Assembly (NCBI GenBank): GCA_035536315.1
Contig: DATLOJ010000058.1
Span: 1-60,849 of the forward strand
Origin: Actinomycetota bacterium
Lineage (GTDB): Bacteria > Actinomycetota > CADDZG01 > JAHWKV01
Reading direction: 5' to 3'
Length of the DNA: 60,849 nucleotides
The stretch's first letter is position 1; each line of letters starts with the position of its first letter. The position numbers were made by a program, and so were the translations under genes. The notes under the pieces were generated by a model. It did not search any database and had not been told where the DNA came from. It worked only from the letters and a program-made list of their open reading frames with translations. Below, piece by piece: positions 28,357 to 37,413 of the stretch.

Positions 28357-30354
28357 TCACGCAGGAGTCGCTGTCTGCTCGGCGATCTCGGATCGAAATG
28401 TCGAGACGTCTACTTTTCGAAGGAGCAGCATCGTGAACGCAAGGCCTACGGCTTCTATAAGAAACACACCGGAGTACGCCCACACGCTCGAGCTGGTAAC
28501 GCCAAGGACAAGTCCATGGATCGCCCCCCCACCGGCTGTGGCAAGCCCTTCTGCAACGGCTCGGGCCAGGGTCCAGAAACCCATGAACATCCCAACCGCG
28601 CCGGGTGTTGACATATCCATCATCAAAGAAAGGGCACCGACTGTAAGTATCCCAAGCCCGATCCCCATTAGAAGGATGGAACCTCGCAGGAGAGGCTGAT
28701 TCAGCAAGGGCCCGGACAGAGCGAGAAGAAGGAATGCCACCGAGCTGATCACCAGGCCGTAACCCGCGACCGTCTTCTTCGACTTCGTTCGGGACGCTCG
28801 CCCGCCAACAGCCATTCCGGCGAGCACCCCTGCAATTTGTATCGAGTTGAACATCGTGGTCTGCCTCACCGACAAGGAGAAGACCTCGCCTCCGAAAGGC
28901 TCGAGTACTGCTTGCTGGAGAAAGGCAAACGAAATAGCCAGAACCATGAAAGCGAAGAAGATGCGAGCCTGTTTGGAAGCGAGGGGTTTTAGCAAGCTCT
29001 CGATCGACCGATCGGGCGATTTCGGCTGCACGCCCCGCCGCTCAACTCCCGAGACCGCGACGTAGGTAAGAACCAGCAAGACTCCCGCCCCGGCCGCAAA
29101 AAGCAACTTTAGCCGTGACGCCGTGTACTCACTGAGAAAGCCGATGCTCATAGCGACCCCTGCCAAAATTCCGAGCATCAGCATCGAATACACGACTGAA
29201 GTGGTCCGCCCTCGTTCCTTTGCGTCCGTGAGATCGGCGAGCAGTGCAAAGTACGCTGCACCGGACGCGTACATGCCTGCGCCCATCAAACAAAGAACTG
29301 CTGTTGCGGCGATACCGGCCCGCACACCGCCCGCGCTTGCCATGTAAAGGGCGGCAAATGGCGTCAGGACAGTCGCCGCGGCAGTGGCAAGAGTGCCGCC
29401 GAGGATGTAGGGCGTTCGATGTTTGCCAAACACGGGCCTGCGGTCGCTCAGCCGGCCGACATAAATCGCCAGTGGGGCGGTCAGGTTGAAAGTCGCGAGG
29501 ACGGCCGCAGTCAGCCACAGCTCGATTCCGAGCTCCACCTTCATGATCCTGTTGAGAACGCCAAGAACGAGCACAGAAAGCATGCCCGCCGCGAACTCTC
29601 GAAGACCGATGCGCAATAGCCGGCGCAGCGGAATCGTAGGAGGTTGCATTGGGATCGCCAGCCTCTCCGCCTCGTCGAGCATGGTCGTTACCTGGTTCGG
29701 CTGAAGGCTCTCCCCCCTCCTGAGATCCTTGTCCGCTACTGCTGTCTCGCCTTTGTAGGGGGCAAGTTTCCCGCTTTCCAGGACGTAGATGGTGTCGCAG
29801 ACACTCTCCAGGAAAGCCCGGTCGTGCTCGACGACAACAATCCCCTTGCCTCGAGCCCGCCACTGAATGATCAACTGAGCCACTCTTGCACGCTCGGCCC
29901 CCGAAAGACCGGCCGTCGGCTCGTCTAAAAGGATCACCGAAGCTTCACCCTGAGCGGCGATGCTCAGCTCGAGCATTCTCCTCATACCGGTAGAGAGCTC
30001 ATCAACTCGCGCCTGCGATGGAACGTTTCCGCCGTTGGCACCGGCACGCAGGACCTTCCTGACCTCAGCCGCCGTGAGCGAGGGAAACATGGGGGATCCT
30101 TGAAATGTCCGATGCACCCCAAGCTCGATGCGCCGTCTCGCCGGCACCCTGAAAGTATTTGTGCCCGCTAGACGAACTTCGCCCTGGGCCGGGACAAGGC
30201 CCCCTATAGCGTCAAGCAGGGTGGTCTTTCCGCTACCGTTCGAGCCAACAACTCCAATTACCTCACCAGCAGACAGGCAAAGGTTCACCCCGTCCAGGAT
30301 CTTTCTCTCCCCGCGCGTTGCGGCCAGCCCGGCGACTTCCAGCACAACCGTCAT
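28357..30354 (-). CDS. Fusion protein: LivG-like ABC nucleotide-binding domain + PucC/BCD-family MFS-type membrane domain
   Basis: NBD motifs GSNGSGKT, LSTGMRRMLEL, ILLDEPTAGL, VVEHD (aa 1 to about 205). Then about 430 aa of multi-TM sequence with LNRIMKVELGI...APLAIYVGRLSDRRPVFGKHRTPYILGG. The ATGA overlaps the upstream gene. Confidence 0.8.
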   Translation of the reverse strand: MTVVLEVAGLAATRGERKILDGVNLCLSAGEVIGVVGSNGSGKTTLLDAIGGLVPAQGEVRLAGTNTFRVPARRRIELGVHRTFQGSPMFPSLTAAEVRKVLRAGANGGNVPSQARVDELSTGMRRMLELSIAAQGEASVILLDEPTAGLSGAERARVAQLIIQWRARGKGIVVVEHDRAFLESVCDTIYVLESGKLAPYKGETAVADKDLRRGESLQPNQVTTMLDEAERLAIPMQPPTIPLRRLLRIGLREFAAGMLSVLVLGVLNRIMKVELGIELWLTAAVLATFNLTAPLAIYVGRLSDRRPVFGKHRTPYILGGTLATAAATVLTPFAALYMASAGGVRAGIAATAVLCLMGAGMYASGAAYFALLADLTDAKERGRTTSVVYSMLMLGILAGVAMSIGFLSEYTASRLKLLFAAGAGVLLVLTYVAVSGVERRGVQPKSPDRSIESLLKPLASKQARIFFAFMVLAISFAFLQQAVLEPFGGEVFSLSVRQTTMFNSIQIAGVLAGMAVGGRASRTKSKKTVAGYGLVISSVAFLLLALSGPLLNQPLLRGSILLMGIGLGILTVGALSLMMDMSTPGAVGMFMGFWTLARAVAEGLATAGGGAIHGLVLGVTSSSVWAYSGVFLIEAVGLAFTMLLLRKVDVSTFRSEIAEQTATPA

Positions 30355-32933
30355 CTGAGCTGAACCTCGCGGGACCTTTCGCGAACGGCCCCGTCTTTGA
30401 TTTCGAACTCTCTGTGACTGCCCTCGTTCGACGAGTGGGCAACTCTGATCACCGCAGTTCCTCTGGACGCGAAGGACCTTTCGAGCTCACGCGATACCTC
30501 ATCCAAGGTGGAGTCGAGTCCCGCGTCGAGCTCGTCGAGCATCAGGACGCGTGGTCGCTGGAACATTGTTTGGCAAAGTGCCACGAACCGCTGCTCGCCT
30601 CCTGAAAGACTCCCCGCCTTTCTATCAAGCATCGGAGTGGTCCGAGGAAACGACCCGATGCACACCTGGAGCATTTTGCGGAACTGAATCAGGTCTGGGT
30701 GGGAGTTAAAGGATGCGACCCTAAGGTTTTCTCTGACCGTAAGTTCTTCGAACACCGGGTTGTCGCCATCCACGAGAACCACGCCTGCCCTGGAAACCTC
30801 ATCGGGGTAGAGGGTCCCAAGATCCATCTGTCCCGCTCGAATCGATCCACGCGAAGGAACCAGCCCGGCAATCGCCTTCAAGAAAGTTGACTTACCCGAT
30901 CCGTTCGCGCCGGTCAGGGACACAACCTCTCCAGCGTCTAGCGTCAGCGACGCTCGCACAACGTCAGCGCCACCCGGATAAGAAACCTGCAGGTCACTCA
31001 CTTCGAGAACACCGCCGAAATCCTTGCGGCCCAAAGGCGCGAGGTCACCCCCTTCTCGACTGAACATCCTTGAAACGGCGGAGGCTGAAGCAAACCCGCC
31101 CGGAAGTAAAAGCAGCAGAAGCAAGATTCCGCCCCCCGTCCCCAGCAGTTCCCATGGCCCGTTCAGAAACAATGTCGCGCCCGACACCGCTGCGGCCCCC
31201 ATCGCTCCCCCCCAAACGCTTCCGGCACCTCCAACCACAACCATCGCGGTCAGCAGAATTGAGCGGTCGGCGCCCAGCGCTGCCGGATGAAGATCGAGTT
31301 GGTTAAAGAGGTACAGGAATCCCGCGACTCCGGCAACTGCTCCCGAGAGCACGTAAGCACAGACGCGAGCAAATCCTGCATTCAATCCATAAGCAGTGGC
31401 GACCCTCTCCGAATCCCTTACGGCGAGCATCTCCAAACCAAGCCGGCTCGCTCGCATCCATCTGGCAAGCCACAGGGATCCAGCCAGGGCAAAACAAATC
31501 AATAGCGAATTCCCAGCCGACCGTCCAAGAAGAGGCCACTCGGGTCCCAGTCCAACATCAGTCCGGCGCAGGACAGACGTGAGGGTGAACAGGCCCTGTG
31601 CCGCAACCGCGAATCCGATGGTGGCAACCGCGTACGGGAAGGGGCCCTTCGACTGAGCAGGCAAGGCGGCGACAACAGAAGCGGCCGCACCTGCCACTAC
31701 GCCCGCCGCTGCGGCCGCTGGATACCCCAACGGGACTGCTGCCGCTGCCGCAAAGGATCCTGCGCCCACGACAGCCCAGTGCCCCAGCGACAGCGTCCCG
31801 GTGAACACCGCGGCGATGGAAACCGCCGCTCCGGCGAGTGCAAAAACTCCCACAGATCCGATTCGCTGCGAGGTGCTCGACCCAACGCTGACAAGCACGA
31901 AGGTGGCGAGCGAGAGAGCGGCAACCGTCAGGGCAGCCATAGCCAAAGGCCGGCCTCTTATGCGTGCCACGTCGGCAAGAGCCTTCGACCTGACCCGGAG
32001 GGCCGCCGATGCCTCTCGGTCGAGTGCCAGAACTAAGAGGGCCAGGAGGAACAAGGCAACATCTGCAACTGCCGCCCTGTCCGTCACCCAAAGCACGCAC
32101 TGGTGTGCGACGCCGGTGAACATGGAAACCGCGGTAGCGGACAGGACTCCAGCCATTCTGGCCGCGACCGCTGGCAGTAATGCGAAAAGGATGAGGCTCG
32201 CGCCAGGGCCGGTATCGAGGGCGGGTCCGGAGAGAGTGAAGGTCATCGCCCCGGCCGCCGCTGCGAGCAACCCGGCGGTCAACCATGTCAGGGCCGAGAC
32301 CCTCCGCGCAGGAATACCGAGACACGCCGAGCGCTCGAAGTTGCTTCCGACCGCACGGGCCGCAACCCCGTGAAGGCTGCGCGAGTAGAACCACTTCCCG
32401 AATGCCACTCCCAGGACGGCTAGAGCTGCCGCGAGGACATGCTGGCTTTTGAACAAGACCGGAAACACGTCAATCGATAGTTCGAAAGGTGTGATCGGTT
32501 TAGGAAGACCTCCCGAAAACAAGATTCCGGCCCGCGCTGCTCCAAACAAGTAGGCGATCCCAACGCTCGCTGCGACAAGCGTCAGAGCCGGACGCGAGCG
32601 GAAGCGCCAGAGAACGAAGTGCGAGAAGAGCCCTGCCGCCGCCCCCACCACGCATCCGGTGAGTAGCGCTCCCCAAAACCCGAATCGGGATTCGGCCACA
32701 CGCGCGACGGTAACGCCGGTCAGCAAGGCCATCGAGGGTTGGGCGAGGTTCAGAAATCCATGCGTTCTGTAAATGAGAATCAGAGCCACCGAGCTGGCTG
32801 CAGTCACCAAACCGCCAAGGGCTCCCAGTAGAACTACGCCCGGAGGAACTCCACCGAGCACCGCGAAAGCTAGGAGCAATCCTCCTGCGATGATCCAGAG
32901 AAGAAGTGGCCGGCTGCTGTTATCTGAATTCAT
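30351..32933 (-). CDS. Triple fusion: LivH-like permease + LivM-like permease + LivF-like ATPase in one polypeptide
   Basis: Two successive polytopic Liv-type permease regions, then an NBD (GANGSGKST, LSGGEQRFVALCQ, LMLDELDAGL, VAHS). ATG at 32933 chosen; the upstream part of the 929-aa ORF overlaps the binding-protein gene. Confidence 0.8.
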   Translation of the reverse strand: MNSDNSSRPLLLWIIAGGLLLAFAVLGGVPPGVVLLGALGGLVTAASSVALILIYRTHGFLNLAQPSMALLTGVTVARVAESRFGFWGALLTGCVVGAAAGLFSHFVLWRFRSRPALTLVAASVGIAYLFGAARAGILFSGGLPKPITPFELSIDVFPVLFKSQHVLAAALAVLGVAFGKWFYSRSLHGVAARAVGSNFERSACLGIPARRVSALTWLTAGLLAAAAGAMTFTLSGPALDTGPGASLILFALLPAVAARMAGVLSATAVSMFTGVAHQCVLWVTDRAAVADVALFLLALLVLALDREASAALRVRSKALADVARIRGRPLAMAALTVAALSLATFVLVSVGSSTSQRIGSVGVFALAGAAVSIAAVFTGTLSLGHWAVVGAGSFAAAAAVPLGYPAAAAAGVVAGAAASVVAALPAQSKGPFPYAVATIGFAVAAQGLFTLTSVLRRTDVGLGPEWPLLGRSAGNSLLICFALAGSLWLARWMRASRLGLEMLAVRDSERVATAYGLNAGFARVCAYVLSGAVAGVAGFLYLFNQLDLHPAALGADRSILLTAMVVVGGAGSVWGGAMGAAAVSGATLFLNGPWELLGTGGGILLLLLLLPGGFASASAVSRMFSREGGDLAPLGRKDFGGVLEVSDLQVSYPGGADVVRASLTLDAGEVVSLTGANGSGKSTFLKAIAGLVPSRGSIRAGQMDLGTLYPDEVSRAGVVLVDGDNPVFEELTVRENLRVASFNSHPDLIQFRKMLQVCIGSFPRTTPMLDRKAGSLSGGEQRFVALCQTMFQRPRVLMLDELDAGLDSTLDEVSRELERSFASRGTAVIRVAHSSNEGSHREFEIKDGAVRERSREVQLR

Positions 32934-34497
32934 CGCGGCCGTACCGACGGCCGTTTTCGGGAAATACATAGGCGCCTGCAAGGCTGCCCCCGCCTCGATG
33001 CGCCGTGTTCGACCATTGCAGCACCGTAAAGTCCCCGACGATATTTCGCTCGGCCCGGTCCATGCTGAGCAACATGTTGGAGGAGGCAGGCGCTCCGAGA
33101 CCGCTGTATCGATATGGGGAGAACGCATCGAGTCCGGCACCGAAGGTCTTCGGATTCAAATTCGGACCAGCGTTCGTGATTCCCGTCACCAGCGGAAGAA
33201 GAGCCGAGTAGATATAGGGAGCCTGGGCAGGGGGCTCACCTCGACTCATGCTCATGTACTTGGTGTACCACTCACTTTGCCGTGACTGGTCGTCAATGAC
33301 GATGTCATGCATGAACTGCGGGTCGTAACAAGTAAGACCTTTGGCCCTGCCCCACTGATTGGCGTTGTAGAGCCTCACCATCGCGTGAGAGTCCTGCCCG
33401 GAACATGGCCAGATGAAGTAGTCCGGATGGTAGTCGTGACTCTCGGCAGCCGGGGTGAATGACATCGGAGTTCCAGCGTCCGGAATGATCACGGTATTCA
33501 CCCCGGCACCGACGAATTTGGCGATCACATTCGACGACTCCCCCTGGGCATCGGTAAGGCTGGCCGAAACGGAGGCGACCTCTACAACGTTGACACCCGA
33601 AGACCGGAGCCTGGCGACTACCTCGGGGATTGCTTCGACGAGCCCTGGATACTCCGCGTAAACAAGACCAAACCTTCGCGGTTCTTGATTCACAGTTCCA
33701 CGGTATGGGTCGTCTGCGACGCGCTCGGATAGATAACCCTGGACGGCGTCGAGCTGCGCGTCGAATGAAGCTGCGGAAGGTATGCAGTACCCGTTGGTCT
33801 TGCCATACATGCCGAAGTCCACGTTGAAAGTAGCGAGGCTGAAGACGCCGGCCCTTGCGAGCCGGGGACAGGTGTAGGCCGACAAGGATCCGTGGGCAGC
33901 GACTGCCGCGAACGGTTTCAGATCGCTCGCGATGTACTCGGCGGTCGCGCTCGCGTCTTCCGGACTGCTTCCCACATCTATGACTCTTCCCACAAGCTTT
34001 CGCCCATGAAGGTTGAACGGGAAGCCCATGATCGAGCCGCCACCTGCGGCATGCTTGTTTATGTACTCGATCCAGGTCTGGAATCCAACACCCTCGTCAA
34101 CGTTGGACTCGACTCCCGTCCCTTTCAGAAAGGCGCTCGTCCTGGTCTGGTCGCCTTTCCAGTAATAGACGACCTCAATATGGGTGTCGGTGATCCCATT
34201 GATGACCGTTCCGGCTTCGACGTCCTCGCGACTAGCCTCGGCTTTGGTTCGTCTAGCCTTTTTCGCCGTGTCCGTAGCAGATGATGGTGAGCCCGGCTGC
34301 TCTTGGGGAACGGCTTCGCCCGGACCCACGAACGGGCCGGAATCCTTAAACGACGCCTTCTTATTGCCCGGCTTTCCGTCGCTTCCGCATGCCGCTGCGA
34401 ATAGCAGCAGAGCCATCACCAACGCGAGCACCCTGAAAAGCGATTTCAGCTTGATGACCCTTCCACTCCTTGGGTTGATGGGGGCGAGGCGGCGCAA
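32920..34497 (-). CDS. Lipoprotein, type I periplasmic binding protein for the second Liv-type importer
   Basis: Lipobox LLFAAAC followed by a low-complexity linker and an about 450-aa PBP-like domain. Start uncertain (TTG at 34497, 34569 or 34578). Confidence 0.72.
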   Translation of the reverse strand: MRRLAPINPRSGRVIKLKSLFRVLALVMALLLFAAACGSDGKPGNKKASFKDSGPFVGPGEAVPQEQPGSPSSATDTAKKARRTKAEASREDVEAGTVINGITDTHIEVVYYWKGDQTRTSAFLKGTGVESNVDEGVGFQTWIEYINKHAAGGGSIMGFPFNLHGRKLVGRVIDVGSSPEDASATAEYIASDLKPFAAVAAHGSLSAYTCPRLARAGVFSLATFNVDFGMYGKTNGYCIPSAASFDAQLDAVQGYLSERVADDPYRGTVNQEPRRFGLVYAEYPGLVEAIPEVVARLRSSGVNVVEVASVSASLTDAQGESSNVIAKFVGAGVNTVIIPDAGTPMSFTPAAESHDYHPDYFIWPCSGQDSHAMVRLYNANQWGRAKGLTCYDPQFMHDIVIDDQSRQSEWYTKYMSMSRGEPPAQAPYIYSALLPLVTGITNAGPNLNPKTFGAGLDAFSPYRYSGLGAPASSNMLLSMDRAERNIVGDFTVLQWSNTAHRGGGSLAGAYVFPENGRRYGRDEFR

Positions 34498-34672
34498 TCC
34501 TACCGTTAGAAGAGTTGACCGGCAGGGGCCCCGGGGCCCCCTGCGAAGAGATTTGGGCCCGGCCCCCAACTCGAGCAAATGTGACTTGGCACCCGGGGAG
34601 GTTGCAAAGGGAAAGCGGGGGCCCGGCTTACCCCTTAGTCACGAGGTTGCCTGGGGGGACAAAATGAGTGGC

Positions 34673-34999
34673 CTACTCGGTGGTCGTTGCCTTGCGCGTG
34701 GAAGTTCTCTTCTTGGCCGTCCCCGCCGCCCCTTCTGCCTTTGCCTTCGTAACTCTTCTGACGGGAACGTCGTGGTCGTGAATGTGTGCCTCATGCACGT
34801 GCTCGTTCTCGAAGTTTTGATGTGGATAGTGCGAATGCGTTACTTCAGGGTGATCGTGCTCATGGGAGTGCTGTGAGCTCAGATGATCGAACCCGCCGGT
34901 CATGTCGTTGAAGTTATGAGTGACGTGATAATGAGAGTGGGTGTGGACAATGGCCTGGTGGTGATGACTCTCCCACTGATCTTCTTCTGAGTGGCTCAT
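34673..34999 (-). CDS. Histidine-rich small protein with basic Lys/Thr-rich tail
   Basis: ATG at 34999 preceded by GGAAAGGACGAGAG. 22 His in the first 76 aa (HHHQAIVHTHSHYHVTH, HSHEHDHPEVTHSHYPH, HVHEAHIHDHD). Tail is KAKAEGAAGTAKKRTSTRKATTTE. Confidence 0.65.
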   Translation of the reverse strand: MSHSEEDQWESHHHQAIVHTHSHYHVTHNFNDMTGGFDHLSSQHSHEHDHPEVTHSHYPHQNFENEHVHEAHIHDHDVPVRRVTKAKAEGAAGTAKKRTSTRKATTTE

Positions 35000-35081
35000 C
35001 TCTCGTCCTTTCCGTTCTTGAACGAAGACTCTGCTAGCAGACCTTAAGGGCTGAGACGTGAAATCCCCTAATCGTGCTCTC

Positions 35082-35393
35082 TCAGTCCCCCTGCACCCCA
35101 GGCTCATGTGGGCCCTCCGCACTCTGCGTGACCTTTCGAAGCGTTTTCAGAAGCCGCTCCGAGAGTTCATCCGACCCTTTCATCTGCCTGAACCTGATAC
35201 CTCCGCGCTGACGGTCCGCCTTTGAGATCGCATATTCGAGAAGCGAGCGATGCATTTCAGAAAGTGGGGACCGAGTTTCCCGATCAGCAAGCTGGAGCCT
35301 CAACGCATCTGAGTCCAGATGCAGTCGGTTGTAATAAATGCGCTCTACTGCCGACGCAAACTCGGGTTCGTAGTTACCTGATTCCTCGGTCAA
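35082..35393 (-). CDS. Hypothetical small helical protein, possibly translationally coupled to the aldo/keto reductase
   Basis: The TTG at 35393 overlaps the AKR stop (TTGA). No recognisable family. The longer 152-aa ORF overlaps the AKR gene. Confidence 0.35.
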   Translation of the reverse strand: MTEESGNYEPEFASAVERIYYNRLHLDSDALRLQLADRETRSPLSEMHRSLLEYAISKADRQRGGIRFRQMKGSDELSERLLKTLRKVTQSAEGPHEPGVQGD

Positions 35394-36358
35394 GATCGTG
35401 CGGCGAGAAACACAACGCTCTCGATCTCGTGCATCTGTTCTGTCGAAAGAGGTCCGTTCTGCATAGCGGTCGCGTTCTCCTCGACCTGAGATACCGACTT
35501 GAAGCCTGGAATTGGAAGTGTCTTCTCGCTTTTGGCCCACAACCAGGCCAGAGCACCCTGCGCGAGAGTCCGTCCGTTGCTGGTGAGGATCTCGCGCACC
35601 GCCTCGAGTTTTGTCAGCTCCTCTGCCCTCTGCCCTTCGTCAAACTTCCACGAGCGTCGAACGTCGTCCTCAGGAAGGGTCGTGTTTCTGTTGAACTTTC
35701 CCGTTAGGACTCCCATGCCGAGGGGGCCTCGATTAAGGCTTGCAAGGTTTAACTCCTCACAGACCTGAAGAGTTTCGAGGTTTCCACCGAAGACGTTCAG
35801 GTGTTGCTGAACGGCCGTGCAGTTTGGTCCCTCTGCAAACAGCCGGGTCCTTTCCGGATCGTCCGTGCTCCATCCATAGGTTCGGATTTTGCCCTCTTCA
35901 ACCAGTTCCTCCAGGGTCTCCCTGACGGTCACGGCCTCCTTCAAGTCGTGACCGGCGGAATGAAACTGATACAGATCGATGGAATCGATCCCAAGCCTTT
36001 GAAGACTCTCCTCGCAAGCCTTTTTGATGCCGGCCGGTGAGACGTCGGCGCCGGTGACTTTTCGGCTTGTCTCATCGAATGTTGCTGTGAACTTAGTAGC
36101 GACGACAATCCCGTTTCTTTTGCCCTTGAGTGCCCTCCCGAGAATCCGCTCGCTGTGTCCGCACCCGTAGACGTTGGCGGTGTCGAACAGGTTTACTCCC
36201 AGATCAATCGCGCGATGGATCCCCTTGATCGACTCTTGATCGTCGACTTCCCCCCATCCAATCGGATCGTCACCGCGCCAAGCAGGTCCGCCAATGGCCC
36301 AGCACCCCATCCCAACCGCGCTCACTTCGATCCCACTTCGTCCAAGAGTTCTATTCAA
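35390..36358 (-). CDS. Aldo/keto reductase
   Basis: LGRSGIEVSAVGMGCWAIGG, NLFDTANVYG.GHSE..LG, DLYQFH, and the C-terminal IPG.KS..Q.EEN pattern. Confidence 0.9.
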   Translation of the reverse strand: MNRTLGRSGIEVSAVGMGCWAIGGPAWRGDDPIGWGEVDDQESIKGIHRAIDLGVNLFDTANVYGCGHSERILGRALKGKRNGIVVATKFTATFDETSRKVTGADVSPAGIKKACEESLQRLGIDSIDLYQFHSAGHDLKEAVTVRETLEELVEEGKIRTYGWSTDDPERTRLFAEGPNCTAVQQHLNVFGGNLETLQVCEELNLASLNRGPLGMGVLTGKFNRNTTLPEDDVRRSWKFDEGQRAEELTKLEAVREILTSNGRTLAQGALAWLWAKSEKTLPIPGFKSVSQVEENATAMQNGPLSTEQMHEIESVVFLAARS

Positions 36359-36474
36359 GGTCTTCTCCTATACCGCCCATTGATTGCACGGCGATCCACG
36401 AAGGATTGACTCACGCCTGCGGGGCAAATCTCTCTCCACCAACCTACCCAGTTCAGGCGGTTAGCATCGGCCCC

Positions 36475-37413
36475 GTGGAGATCTCTCTCATGATCGAAGG
36501 GCAGATGGGACTCAATTGGCCTCGGTGGAAAGTCATCGTCGATCTGGTTGAGAGTTCGGGTTTTGCGGGGCTGTTTCGATCTGACCACTTCACGAATCCC
36601 ACCCCACCCGATTACGACTCTCTCGAGCTCATCGTCTCCCTCGTTTACGTAGCCGATCACACGCAGAGGATTCACTTTGGTCAGCTCGTATCGCCTATCT
36701 CCTTTCGCAACCCGGTATTTCTTGCGCGGCAGGCGGCTGCGATTTCAGACCTTAGTGGCGGCCGCATGGTCCTCGGGGTCGGGGCGGGCTGGCAGGAAAG
36801 GGAACATGAAACGTTCGGCTTCGATCTTGGCTCCGTCAAGGAACGTTTTCAACGTCTCGGCGAAGCTCTCGAGATCATCACGAAGCTCCTTCGAAGCGAC
36901 GAGCCGGTCGTTTTCCGCGGGAAGCACTTCAGCGTGAACGGAGCAAGGGTTTCGCCTAAACCTACAGAGCCCGTTCCGGTGCTGCTCGGGGGAAATGGGC
37001 CCAAGAGATCTCTTCCTCTTGCCGCGCGCTACGCGGACTGGTGGAACGGCAGCTGGGGTGACGCGGAAACATTCAAAGGAAAGTCCGACTTGCTCGACGA
37101 GCTACTTGAAACCGAAAATAGAAAGGCCTCAGATCTCAAGAGAACGGTCATGGTTCCATTGTTTTTTGGAAGGGACGATGCGGCCGCGCATGAGCGGATG
37201 GGCCCGCTAAAGAATCATCCGATGATGCAAGGAGAATCGCCGTCAAGGGCTGTACAAATCGCCGCGAAACACGGAATGGTTGCCGGCTCTGGGGAGCGGG
37301 TGAAGGAACAGCTCGACGCGCTCGAGAGTTCGGGGGTTCAGGAAGTGATGCTGCAATGGTTCCAGCTCGATGACCTGGAGGGACTAAAGGAGTTCGCCGA
37401 GCTCCTCGGATGA
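36475..37413 (+). CDS. Luciferase-like monooxygenase (LLM) class, probably F420-dependent oxidoreductase
   Basis: GFAGLFRSDHF, RMVLGVGAGWQEREHETFG, PVLLGGNGPKRSLPLAARYADWWN. GTG at 36475 preferred; the ORF opens at 36406. Confidence 0.8.
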   Translation: MEISLMIEGQMGLNWPRWKVIVDLVESSGFAGLFRSDHFTNPTPPDYDSLELIVSLVYVADHTQRIHFGQLVSPISFRNPVFLARQAAAISDLSGGRMVLGVGAGWQEREHETFGFDLGSVKERFQRLGEALEIITKLLRSDEPVVFRGKHFSVNGARVSPKPTEPVPVLLGGNGPKRSLPLAARYADWWNGSWGDAETFKGKSDLLDELLETENRKASDLKRTVMVPLFFGRDDAAAHERMGPLKNHPMMQGESPSRAVQIAAKHGMVAGSGERVKEQLDALESSGVQEVMLQWFQLDDLEGLKEFAELLG

